Source of the DNA: an uncultured Spirochaetota bacterium
Lineage (GTDB): Bacteria; Spirochaetota; Spirochaetia; DSM-27196; DATKUC01
Assembly (NCBI GenBank): GCA_963832675.1
Contig: CAWHUY010000012.1
Location: 16,857 to 80,856, forward strand
Length of the DNA: 64,000 bases
Reading direction: 5' to 3'
In this document: piece after piece, positions 18,918 to 26,792 of the stretch
How positions within the stretch are numbered: the stretch's first letter is position 1
How the letters are laid out: each line of letters opens with the position of its first letter
Translations under genes and position numbers: made by a program
The notes under the pieces: generated by a model
Seen by the model: the letters and a program-made list of their open reading frames with translations, nothing else
Told to the model about the DNA's origin: nothing
Databases searched by the model: none

Positions 18918-20165
18918 CTACATGTCTGATTCGGAAATCGTGGACAGGTCTGCAGCTCCCTTTTGGTCGACGTCTCCGGTGTACTGCTCGCCGTACAGCT
19001 CTTGAAAGAGCGTTTCCATGTTTTCGAGGGACATGTCGAGGAAACGGATCCCGAGATAGATCCTGTCGGCATCCTTGTAGCGCCGCATGATTCGTCCCTT
19101 GGCCGGAAGACTCTTTTCGCCGAGATAAATCGTAAGGTCGAGATCGGTGTACAAGCCCAGGTTTGGCCCGTTCAGCGGATAACCGAATAGCAGCCCGGAT
19201 CCGCTGATGTCGATGAGCTCCGCGCTGCCGAATTCCTCTTTGACCGGTTCGGCTTTGAAATAGCCGTTCACGGTCAGTGAGTAAGCCAAAACTCGTGAAA
19301 ACTGAAAGACAAATTCAATCGCCTTGGGCTCGAACCCCGGAGTAAGCTCTTTGGACCGCAGCAGGTAGAGGTACCCGACAACATACTGATGAAAGAGGAC
19401 CGGACAGTAGAGTTCCGCGGCAATACCGCGCTGCTTCTGGCGATCACCCACCGCAGAGATGCTCTGCAGCGCGGTGAACACCTCTTCTCCCGCGGTTGTT
19501 TCCACGCGGACAACATCCGGCTGCGTCAGAATCCTTTCCCGTATCACTCTACTGATTTTGAGCGTATCGGGAGAGACGAACGGAAGGATGAGGATCTTGC
19601 CGGAGTTTCCAATAACCCGCTCCTCGAACAATTGCGGCCTACGCTCCCGGAACATGACTATTTTGTTCTCCGAGGAAAACTCACGCGCCCGCTCCCGGAA
19701 CGACCTCAGGAGCTCGCTTATGCGGGCGGCGTCGAATGTCGGCTCAACTGCAGCACTCTCGATCCGCTCCGAAACTTCACCCCGCGGGTAGTTGAGCTCC
19801 ACCTGCTTCCCGTCCACGAGAAAGGTCACCCGCACGCCCTTTGGCGAGATGATGCGTTCATATCCGCGTGTGAGATCCCGCAGAATTTCCTTTGGCCCCA
19901 ACGCGTGGATCATCGAGCCCTTCTTTGCCGTGATCTTGGTCTTGAAGGTCATCGGGTTGCCGCGGAAGCGGAAGTAAAAAACCCCTTCGGAGGGTCCTGG
20001 AATTCGCAGTGGCGATTGCAACTCGCACTCCAGCTTATTGTTCGCGAAAGAGGATATAGTACAACTGGCGCGTTGAGTGTCGACGTGAATTTCCAGTGGA
20101 GACTTGTTCTCCACCACGGTCTTGAGGATGAACTCTTTTTCGATCCTGTTCAGCTCATTTGCCAT
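18918..20165 (-). CDS. PilZ-like domain protein with N-terminal PilZN-type domains
   Basis: C-terminal AELIDISGSGLLF...AKGRIMRRY...GIRFLDMS matches the D/NxSxxG half of the PilZ motif. I could not see a clear RxxxR upstream. 415 aa. Confidence 0.6.
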   Translation of the reverse strand: MANELNRIEKEFILKTVVENKSPLEIHVDTQRASCTISSFANNKLECELQSPLRIPGPSEGVFYFRFRGNPMTFKTKITAKKGSMIHALGPKEILRDLTRGYERIISPKGVRVTFLVDGKQVELNYPRGEVSERIESAAVEPTFDAARISELLRSFRERAREFSSENKIVMFRERRPQLFEERVIGNSGKILILPFVSPDTLKISRVIRERILTQPDVVRVETTAGEEVFTALQSISAVGDRQKQRGIAAELYCPVLFHQYVVGYLYLLRSKELTPGFEPKAIEFVFQFSRVLAYSLTVNGYFKAEPVKEEFGSAELIDISGSGLLFGYPLNGPNLGLYTDLDLTIYLGEKSLPAKGRIMRRYKDADRIYLGIRFLDMSLENMETLFQELYGEQYTGDVDQKGAADLSTISESDM

Positions 20166-20169
20166 TTCG

Positions 20170-20934
20170 TCACTGTGCGTTGTTCATCCAAGTTGGTGTT
20201 TCAGGTTCGATTGCCGTGCCGACAGGCGGCGGCGAGGCAAGAGCGGAGAAATCAGCCTGAACCCCACTAATATACCACCTGTTCGCCGATTTTTCCAGAA
20301 ATATGTCTCCGACAGCGTTTCCCGGGTCTCCGGTAATCACTATTCTCACGTTGGCTGAGTTCGCATCCGGGCGGCCAATTCTGCCGATTCGCCAACTCAA
20401 CGGGATGTACCCTGCTTTCAGGTCGTTTCCCAGTCGCCGGGAGAGGAAAACGGCGTTGTCGGGAAGGATTAGATCGTCGTCGACGCGCCCCTCGGCAAGC
20501 TGTCGGAAAAACCCGACTACCAGATCGTACAGGCCGCGAGTCTCCGCGTCGTTCACCCACCGATCCTGCAATGGACCAATGCGGCTGTCGGCAGGGACCA
20601 GACGCTCCATCAGCCCGGTCTGCATGAGATACTCGTCTTCCCGTCCGCTGAACTCAACCCCGGGGGCCGTCCGGGCTGCCGGCACTGGCCGGACGCCGCC
20701 CGCCGGTGGTACAGGGGCGGTTTTTCCCGGTGACGCCTGGGGACCGACAGTTATTTGCGTCGGTCCCGGCGACGCGGGTACGCTGCTCGCGCCCGCTTTT
20801 CCGGAGCTCGTATTCTTTTCGGACCCACTTGCGCTGACCGGAGCGAAAGGCTTTTCCGCGCGCGCGCGCGCGCCGCACGCGGCGAGCAGCAGGCAGACGC
20901 AAACTATTCCGGCGACCCATTGCAGAATTCTCAT
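20170..20934 (-). CDS. lipoprotein, function unknown
   Basis: MRILQWVAGIVCVCLLLAACG lipobox, followed by a Pro/Ala/Ser-rich linker. Its stop is 4 nt before the PilZ gene start. Confidence 0.65.
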   Translation of the reverse strand: MRILQWVAGIVCVCLLLAACGARARAEKPFAPVSASGSEKNTSSGKAGASSVPASPGPTQITVGPQASPGKTAPVPPAGGVRPVPAARTAPGVEFSGREDEYLMQTGLMERLVPADSRIGPLQDRWVNDAETRGLYDLVVGFFRQLAEGRVDDDLILPDNAVFLSRRLGNDLKAGYIPLSWRIGRIGRPDANSANVRIVITGDPGNAVGDIFLEKSANRWYISGVQADFSALASPPPVGTAIEPETPTWMNNAQ

Positions 20935-21029
20935 GTATCGAATGAATCGTAGCAGAACCGATCTCGTTGGTCAAAGCGGTGTACAGGAGCGGCCGAATCG
21001 GCTAAGATGGGGTCTCGTCCGGAAATTCT

Positions 21030-22316
21030 ATGAACACTAAAGACAGCATAATATGGCACCTCGATCGCGAGTACACCGCTCCGGTTCGAGACCCCCTCTG
21101 GAAGCACATCTATCTTTCACACGGCCTCATGAAAGTGGTTGACTCGCCGGACTTCCAGCAGCTCCACCGGATCAAACAGCTGGGCCCGAGCTACCTCGTC
21201 TATCCTGGCGCCACTCATACGCGTCTGAACCACAGTTTCGGCGTGTTTCACCTGGCACGCCGGATCATTCGCGCTCTTCTCAGCTTCGACAGCTGCATGG
21301 AACTCAGCCTCGAGGGGGTGAAAGCTTTTCTGTGCGCGGCTTTGCTCCACGATGTGGGTCACTTCCCCTACGCGCACAGTCTGAAAGACCTGCCCCTGCG
21401 CGAGCACGAACAGCTCACCGGCCAGATCATTCTCTCCTCTCCGCTCCGTGAGATCATTCAGTCCCATGTGGGAACCGATCCTGAGATCGTTGCGGCCATT
21501 GTCGACCTCTCGCATCCAGCGGGTGAAGACGATGAAGTAGCCTTTTTCCGGCACATTCTTTCGGGTACGCTCGACCCGGACAAGCTGGACTACTTGAACC
21601 GGGATGCCTATTTCTGTGGCGTACCGTACGGGATTCAGGACATTGACTTCGCGATCAGCCGGATGCGCCCCTTCGGCAGCGCCGGCCTTGCAATGGATAT
21701 TTCGGGCATATCGGCAATCGAGCACATACTCTTTTCGAAATACCTGATGTATCGCGCCGTCTACTGGCATCGAACTGTCCGTGTCGCGACGGCCATGATC
21801 AAGAAGGCCTTGCTTCTCGCCCTCCGCGACGAGGTCATCCGCCCGGAAGAGCTCTATGGTCTCGACGATGAGCTTTTTTTCTCTCGGCTTTCGGGAATCG
21901 ACTATCCTCCCTTCGAGCTCATCACACGAGTGCCCAACAGGGAGCTGTATCGGGTTGCCTGGGACACCCCTTTCCGCGAAGACGACCCAGTGCAGCGGAG
22001 GCTCACCGACCTGGAGAACCGCACCAGGACCGAGGCCGAAATCGCCGATCGTTTGAGCTCGCCGAAAATGACTGTCCGGCCCGAGGAGGTAATTATCGAT
22101 ATTCCGGAGAACATATCCTTTGAAGTGACCATTCCTGTGGTAAACGAGGAGGGCGTGGTCGATTACATGGACTCGGGAACCGTCTTCACCCATCAGGTAG
22201 TGGAAGATTTCACGCGCACGCTTCGGCGGGTACGTCTGATCGTTTCCCCGCGGGCGGCCGCTCTCGTCGACGACGCCCCAGCGCTCCTCGCGGAGGCCCT
22301 TTCGGGGAGTGTATGA
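21030..22316 (+). CDS. HD-domain phosphohydrolase, dNTP triphosphohydrolase (dGTPase/SAMHD1)-like
   Basis: THTRLNHSFGVFHLA...ALLHDVGHFPYAH...LDPDKLDYLNRDAYFCG are the HD and downstream motifs of this family. Confidence 0.75.
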   Translation: MNTKDSIIWHLDREYTAPVRDPLWKHIYLSHGLMKVVDSPDFQQLHRIKQLGPSYLVYPGATHTRLNHSFGVFHLARRIIRALLSFDSCMELSLEGVKAFLCAALLHDVGHFPYAHSLKDLPLREHEQLTGQIILSSPLREIIQSHVGTDPEIVAAIVDLSHPAGEDDEVAFFRHILSGTLDPDKLDYLNRDAYFCGVPYGIQDIDFAISRMRPFGSAGLAMDISGISAIEHILFSKYLMYRAVYWHRTVRVATAMIKKALLLALRDEVIRPEELYGLDDELFFSRLSGIDYPPFELITRVPNRELYRVAWDTPFREDDPVQRRLTDLENRTRTEAEIADRLSSPKMTVRPEEVIIDIPENISFEVTIPVVNEEGVVDYMDSGTVFTHQVVEDFTRTLRRVRLIVSPRAAALVDDAPALLAEALSGSV

Positions 22317-23143
22317 CGCAAATTCAGGAGCTCATGCAGGGCGAGATACCCCCACGGATCAGGCGGTTCGTCAAGACGGTGGGGCGTGGCATAAATGAGT
22401 TCCAGATGATCGGCGAGGGAGACTCCGTGCTTCTCGGCATTTCCGGAGGCAAGGACTCGCTTGCCATGGCGCTCGCGCTCTCACTTCGCCGCCGCTGGCT
22501 GCCGATCAAGTACAACCTCCACGCGGTGCAAATCGAGTGGGCCGAATACCCGCTGACTCGAGAGTCGAAGGAACAGCTTGGCGCCTACTTTGACACCCTC
22601 GAAATACCGTTCCAGTTCCTCGAAGCGCACATGTTTCCCGAATCCTTTCGCGGCAAGTTCAGTTGCTACCTTTGTTCCCGCAATCGCAAACGAATATTTT
22701 TTGACCACATCAATCGACTCGGTACCAACAAAATCGCTCTCGGGCACCATCTCGACGACATAATCGAAACCACCCTGATGAATCTTTTCTACCACGGTTC
22801 CTTTGGCACGATGATGCCGGTGCAGGATTTCTTCGGTGGTAAGACGCAGATCATCCGCCCGATGTGCCGAGTCACGGATGCCACTGTGCGCAATATCTCC
22901 GCATTCCTCGATCTGCCCGTTGTTTCTATCAACTGTCCGCACAAAGACACGACGATCCGAACGGACATGAAGCTGATCATTCAATCACTTGCACACAAGA
23001 ACAAACATGTCCGCGAAAACATCTACCGCGCACCCTGGAATATCCTCACCGACTACCTTCCGGGACCGCAGAAACCGCGGATGGAGCCCAACGCGACGGC
23101 CGCTCCCGACCCGTTCTCGGCTTGCAACAGCTCTCGAAGTTGA
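22313..23143 (+). CDS. PP-loop ATP pyrophosphatase, TtcA-like tRNA thiolation enzyme family
   Basis: SGGKDS PP-loop (LLGISGGKDSLAMA), plus Cys motifs CYLCSRNRKR and INCPHKD. The ATG overlaps the HD gene stop (ATGA). Confidence 0.7.
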   Translation: MTQIQELMQGEIPPRIRRFVKTVGRGINEFQMIGEGDSVLLGISGGKDSLAMALALSLRRRWLPIKYNLHAVQIEWAEYPLTRESKEQLGAYFDTLEIPFQFLEAHMFPESFRGKFSCYLCSRNRKRIFFDHINRLGTNKIALGHHLDDIIETTLMNLFYHGSFGTMMPVQDFFGGKTQIIRPMCRVTDATVRNISAFLDLPVVSINCPHKDTTIRTDMKLIIQSLAHKNKHVRENIYRAPWNILTDYLPGPQKPRMEPNATAAPDPFSACNSSRS

Positions 23144-23163
23144 CTACATTTAACGGGAAATCA

Positions 23164-23622
23164 ATGAAGAAGCCAAAATTAATGAAAGAACGTATCCGTC
23201 GGGTAAGTGTATTGTTCAAAGAGCTCGGCTACGATCTGCAGGATCACGAGTACTTCGACGATACCTTCACCGCCGGGCTTCTCTCCGACGACGGTTTTCA
23301 GGCAGGCCTGTTCATCGACAAGGAGAGCAAATTTCTCGAGCTCGCGTTCACGTTTTCATTTTCCCCTTCGCTGTCGGAGTTCATCAAAGAGCGAATCGAA
23401 GAGATGCTTCACATTGTCTACGAATTCGGCTGCTACATAAGTATTCAGAACTCGTCGCGAGAGATCTCGTTCTCCCTTTTTTCGAAAATCTATTACGTCG
23501 GTTTGAACTATCTCACGCTTCGGGAAACTCTGAAGGACTTCCGCGGAGCTATCGACGCGCTCCAGGAGCTTCTGGAGATCCAGAAAGAGTTCGGAAAGGG
23601 AGCCTCTCATGGAGATTCATAA
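23164..23622 (+). CDS. hypothetical cytoplasmic protein (possibly YbjN/chaperone-like fold)
   Basis: Starts at the internal ATG at 23164 (MKKPKLMKERIRRV...). Acidic, 152 aa. No motif I can name with confidence. Confidence 0.45.
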   Translation: MKKPKLMKERIRRVSVLFKELGYDLQDHEYFDDTFTAGLLSDDGFQAGLFIDKESKFLELAFTFSFSPSLSEFIKERIEEMLHIVYEFGCYISIQNSSREISFSLFSKIYYVGLNYLTLRETLKDFRGAIDALQELLEIQKEFGKGASHGDS

Positions 23623-24319
23623 TCTCATGGAAGACGAGGTTATCCGAATTGTCAGTGAAATCGCGGACGAAGACGCCCGGACAGGGGCGTATGGATACGC
23701 GACGACTCCCGAGTGCCAGATGGATGCGGCCTGCTTCGTCCTGAACCGGATTCCTCAGCAGTACGTCACCTCCGGGCGCGGGCTCACCTACCTGCAGAAT
23801 GAATTTCGTGAGAATCCGCAGCTTGCTGTCGACCTGGTTACGCTGGCTCATGAAGGGTTGCGGCGCGTGAGCACCGTGCAACGCTCCTACTACGCGAACG
23901 GGTCGGCGGTCGATTCCCCCGCGCAGAATCCGTACGACGGTTCCGTCCCCGCCCATCACTTTCCGGCCATACGCGGCCGCGTGTTCGACTGCATGACCTT
24001 TGCGCCGGTTGTTGGAGTCGAAGTCTGGCTCAAGCGGGATGGGGCCCCTGCCCCTATGGTCAACGGGCGCTGGCAGAATCCGTGCGGGTTGGTCGACAGC
24101 ACCGCCGGCAGCTATATGTTCTGGCCTGCACCGGTGCCCGCGACGGAGACAGGAGAGCGGAAACTGTTCGAATTTGAAGTCACGGTGGAAGAGTCGAACG
24201 AGTACGAGGCCTTTCATCACTTCTTCAAGCTCGAGGCCACCTCATCCGATTTCGAAGACAACACGCTGCGTCTGACCCGCGAATACATGCTCCAGGATCT
24301 GTTTCTCGCCCGCAGATGA
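23609..24319 (+). CDS. ComFB-domain protein with C-terminal carboxypeptidase-regulatory-like beta-sandwich
   Basis: NLMEDEVIRIVSEI...ECQMDAACFVLNRIPQQYVTSGRG matches the ComFB pattern (Cys...D..alaLN.lpP.Yv). The C-terminal IRGRVFDCMTFAPVVGVEVWL is CarboxypepD_reg-like. Overlaps the upstream gene by 14 nt. Confidence 0.6.
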   Translation: MEIHNLMEDEVIRIVSEIADEDARTGAYGYATTPECQMDAACFVLNRIPQQYVTSGRGLTYLQNEFRENPQLAVDLVTLAHEGLRRVSTVQRSYYANGSAVDSPAQNPYDGSVPAHHFPAIRGRVFDCMTFAPVVGVEVWLKRDGAPAPMVNGRWQNPCGLVDSTAGSYMFWPAPVPATETGERKLFEFEVTVEESNEYEAFHHFFKLEATSSDFEDNTLRLTREYMLQDLFLARR

Positions 24320-24337
24320 AGTCCGCCTGTGCAGAGA

Positions 24338-24625
24338 CTAGAAGAACTCGGAAGTAATACTCACATCCTGGAGCCTGCCAGGAACCTCGTCTTCGACGAA
24401 ACGGAGAACCTTCTGCATGACACCTTCGCCAAACGTCCGCGAGTTGGAGACCACCGCACCGCCGATTTGCGCAAACGACAGGCTGTCCAGGAGATCAACT
24501 TCGGCAGCCGAGATTCGGTATTTTACTCGAATTCTCTCTTTCAAGGATTTCACGATTTTCCGCTTTTCTTTGATCGATGTGACGTCGGGCAGCTCGAGAA
24601 TGAGCTGAATCATTGAAACTACCAC
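24338..24625 (-). CDS. DUF503 (YlxP-like) protein
   Basis: 95 aa. IQLILELPDVTSIKEKRKIVKSLKERI...FAQIGGAVVSN is typical of DUF503. Confidence 0.7.
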   Translation of the reverse strand: MVVSMIQLILELPDVTSIKEKRKIVKSLKERIRVKYRISAAEVDLLDSLSFAQIGGAVVSNSRTFGEGVMQKVLRFVEDEVPGRLQDVSITSEFF

Positions 24626-24649
24626 GATATCCTCCCGATAACCGTTCGT

Positions 24650-25786
24650 TCAGTCGAACAGCTCGTTGATGTTATCTACCTTCAGATCGAGAACACCGGC
24701 ACCGCGGTCGCCGCCCATTCGGTCTTTGAGCGGCAGATATTGTTCGTTGTACTTTCTCGCAAGCTTGAACAGATCGTCACCTGCGTAAGCCTCGGGAATG
24801 CGCACCGCCAGGTTATAGGCGGCTTCGGAAAAACCGCGGCGCATGACGTGAATCGGGTCAGAAATGGTCAGTGCGAAATGGGGCCCATAGTAGAAGAGCA
24901 TCATGAGGACGAGCAGGACAATCGCGGCGAAATAGACCAGGTTGCTGTAGGATTGCTGTGCATTCAGCACTCGAAGGTCGAAAAACAGCTCCAATCCGGC
25001 GCTTTTGATATATCCGTAATCGTTTGGCCCGAAATAGCTCACATAGTACTGGTTGCCGAAACGGCTGTAACGGGTCGTTCCGTCGGATTTCACAATGAGC
25101 AGCGACTGCTCGGTATCCGCGTAAGAGGAAAGTCTGGCGGCCTCAGCGGGATCGGCGAGTTTCTCCTTCTGTATGAAAGAAACCACCTTTGGCGGACTTT
25201 GCTGAAATTGGTCCTGGATACCGGGGATCGAGATAAGGGAGCTAAGCAGACTCCCCGCCATGACCACAAAGATAAACACCGACACGCCGACGGTCGCGAC
25301 TTTACCGACGTGCCGTTGCGCCATCACTGAGTCGACGTTCTTTACGCGGCGAAGCAACTTCAATATCCTGAGGAGCCTCAGGATTCGTGCGATCCGTATG
25401 GCTTTCACCACTTTGAGCACATTCATGAAACTACCGAAGCCGCCGAGGAGAGTCGTTCCCGTGAGCAGCGCGAGTACGGCCGGACCCGAATTGAGAAGCA
25501 GCAGCGGGATGGATGCAAGAAAGTCTACCCAACCCCGTTCGTGGAGAAAGTACCGCGTGGCGCGGCGGTTGAGAAGCGCGAAATAGAATCGCGTCAGGAA
25601 CTCGATTGTGAAGAAGAGATCGAAACCGAAACCCGTGAAGACCAGTGTGCGGCGGATACTCCATTTCCAGCCCGAGACGACAGCGAAGTCCTCGAGAAAA
25701 GTTTGCACCAGCACGAGAAGAATTGCTGCGATGACGAGGCCTTCGAAAAAATCCACCCAGCGGTTTCGTTTCATCATCTGTCCCAC
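24650..25786 (-). CDS. voltage-sensor-domain membrane protein with an extracytoplasmic insert and a C-terminal HAMP-like domain (no pore, no output domain)
   Basis: S1-S3 hydrophobic helices, then S4 with Arg/Lys at every third position (KAIRIARILRLLRILKLLRR). A fifth TM, an insert of about 95 aa, a sixth TM, then PIHVMRRGFSEAAYNLAVRIPEAYAGDDLFKLARKYNEQYL (HAMP-like). No TxGYG filter. Confidence 0.6.
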   Translation of the reverse strand: MGQMMKRNRWVDFFEGLVIAAILLVLVQTFLEDFAVVSGWKWSIRRTLVFTGFGFDLFFTIEFLTRFYFALLNRRATRYFLHERGWVDFLASIPLLLLNSGPAVLALLTGTTLLGGFGSFMNVLKVVKAIRIARILRLLRILKLLRRVKNVDSVMAQRHVGKVATVGVSVFIFVVMAGSLLSSLISIPGIQDQFQQSPPKVVSFIQKEKLADPAEAARLSSYADTEQSLLIVKSDGTTRYSRFGNQYYVSYFGPNDYGYIKSAGLELFFDLRVLNAQQSYSNLVYFAAIVLLVLMMLFYYGPHFALTISDPIHVMRRGFSEAAYNLAVRIPEAYAGDDLFKLARKYNEQYLPLKDRMGGDRGAGVLDLKVDNINELFD

Positions 25787-25798
25787 CAGTCTCCCGGG

Positions 25799-26728
25799 CT
25801 ACCAGCCGTTCTCGGCCGCAATCATGTAGAATTCGTCCAGCATCTTCACGTCGAACCCGTAGAAGCGGTAGTTGCGGCGCGCAATGCTCAACCAGCTCTT
25901 GTCCGGAGAGTCTGCACCGCGATCGACGCGCAGCTGAGGATGATAATTTCGGCAGCGCGCCGCGAATACCGCGGCGATTCTTGCCGTCGCCTCAACGAAC
26001 CGGTTTTCTGAGAAGGAGATGTTCGCATTGACCGCGCTTCGGACAAGCTGTTCCGGAAGCAACTTCAGCTGACCGGTCAGCGCCTCGACCACCTTTTCCG
26101 CAAACTGCGGCTGAATGGTGCCGGCGATTCGTTCCTGCCCAACCACGTTGCTCGAAGCGGTCAACGCATATATAGCCGGACGAAGGAGCAGGGTTGCCAG
26201 GACAAGGCCGCGGATTTCGTCTTTGCCGATCCGCAGCCGCTGAACCTTTGTCAGCTCGAAATGCACGTAGGATTTCCGGAGAAATATCTCGTCTATATAC
26301 CGGTCGACGGCGCCGAAGACCAGGGCGGCAAAGGCGCCGGTGAACGCCCGTCGGGCGTCCAGGTTGGCCAGCAGGCTTACGAGAAAATTGTATATTTCGG
26401 ATTGAATTTTCGAGATGTCGGTCGTTCGCTGTTTCAGGATTGGAGCAAACGCGAAAGATACTTTTGTGAACACAATCTCTTTGAGCTCCGGAAAAAGCCG
26501 CTCGTTCGTCTCTCTCGCCATCGCCTGGACCAGAATTGCGAACACCTGACTCCAGCTTTTTCCAACGAAATAGGGTGCTGCGGTGAGAGTCGGGGCGAGC
26601 TGTGCAGCATTGGCGTGAAGGAATTGTATAACCTGCTCCTCGCGCTGCAGTTCGGAAAAACCCTTCAGTGCGGGATTGGCGAGAAGTCGTTGTACGAATG
26701 TTTGTGCACGGTCAATCTCTTCGATCAT
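25799..26728 (-). CDS. hypothetical protein, co-transcribed with the voltage-sensor/HAMP gene
   Basis: Start taken at the internal ATG at 26728 (MIEEIDRAQTFVQRLL...). Helical, no recognisable motif. Its stop is 12 nt before the next gene start. Confidence 0.5.
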   Translation of the reverse strand: MIEEIDRAQTFVQRLLANPALKGFSELQREEQVIQFLHANAAQLAPTLTAAPYFVGKSWSQVFAILVQAMARETNERLFPELKEIVFTKVSFAFAPILKQRTTDISKIQSEIYNFLVSLLANLDARRAFTGAFAALVFGAVDRYIDEIFLRKSYVHFELTKVQRLRIGKDEIRGLVLATLLLRPAIYALTASSNVVGQERIAGTIQPQFAEKVVEALTGQLKLLPEQLVRSAVNANISFSENRFVEATARIAAVFAARCRNYHPQLRVDRGADSPDKSWLSIARRNYRFYGFDVKMLDEFYMIAAENGW

Positions 26729-26754
26729 CCCACCTCCGGCCGCTGTCGAGGCGT

Positions 26755-26783
26755 CTGACAAAAACTTTTTCGCAAAGTATACT
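26755..26783 (+). promoter_or_regulatory. sigma70-type promoter of the giant envelope gene
   Basis: CTGACA-N17-TATACT read directly. The -10 ends 9 nt before the ATG at 26793 and there is no SD, so the transcript would have a very short leader or none. Confidence 0.45.
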
Positions 26784-26792
26784 ACACTGTTA

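Noticed and set aside
21117-22193. 358-aa minus-strand ORF
   Set aside because: It is antisense to the HD-domain gene, whose HD...HD...D motifs are in the correct order.
24650-25786. Annotating this gene simply as a voltage-gated K+/cation channel
   Set aside because: An S4-type voltage sensor is present, but no pore loop or selectivity filter is visible between the fifth and sixth helices. The YGY in that region sits in a long soluble-looking insert.
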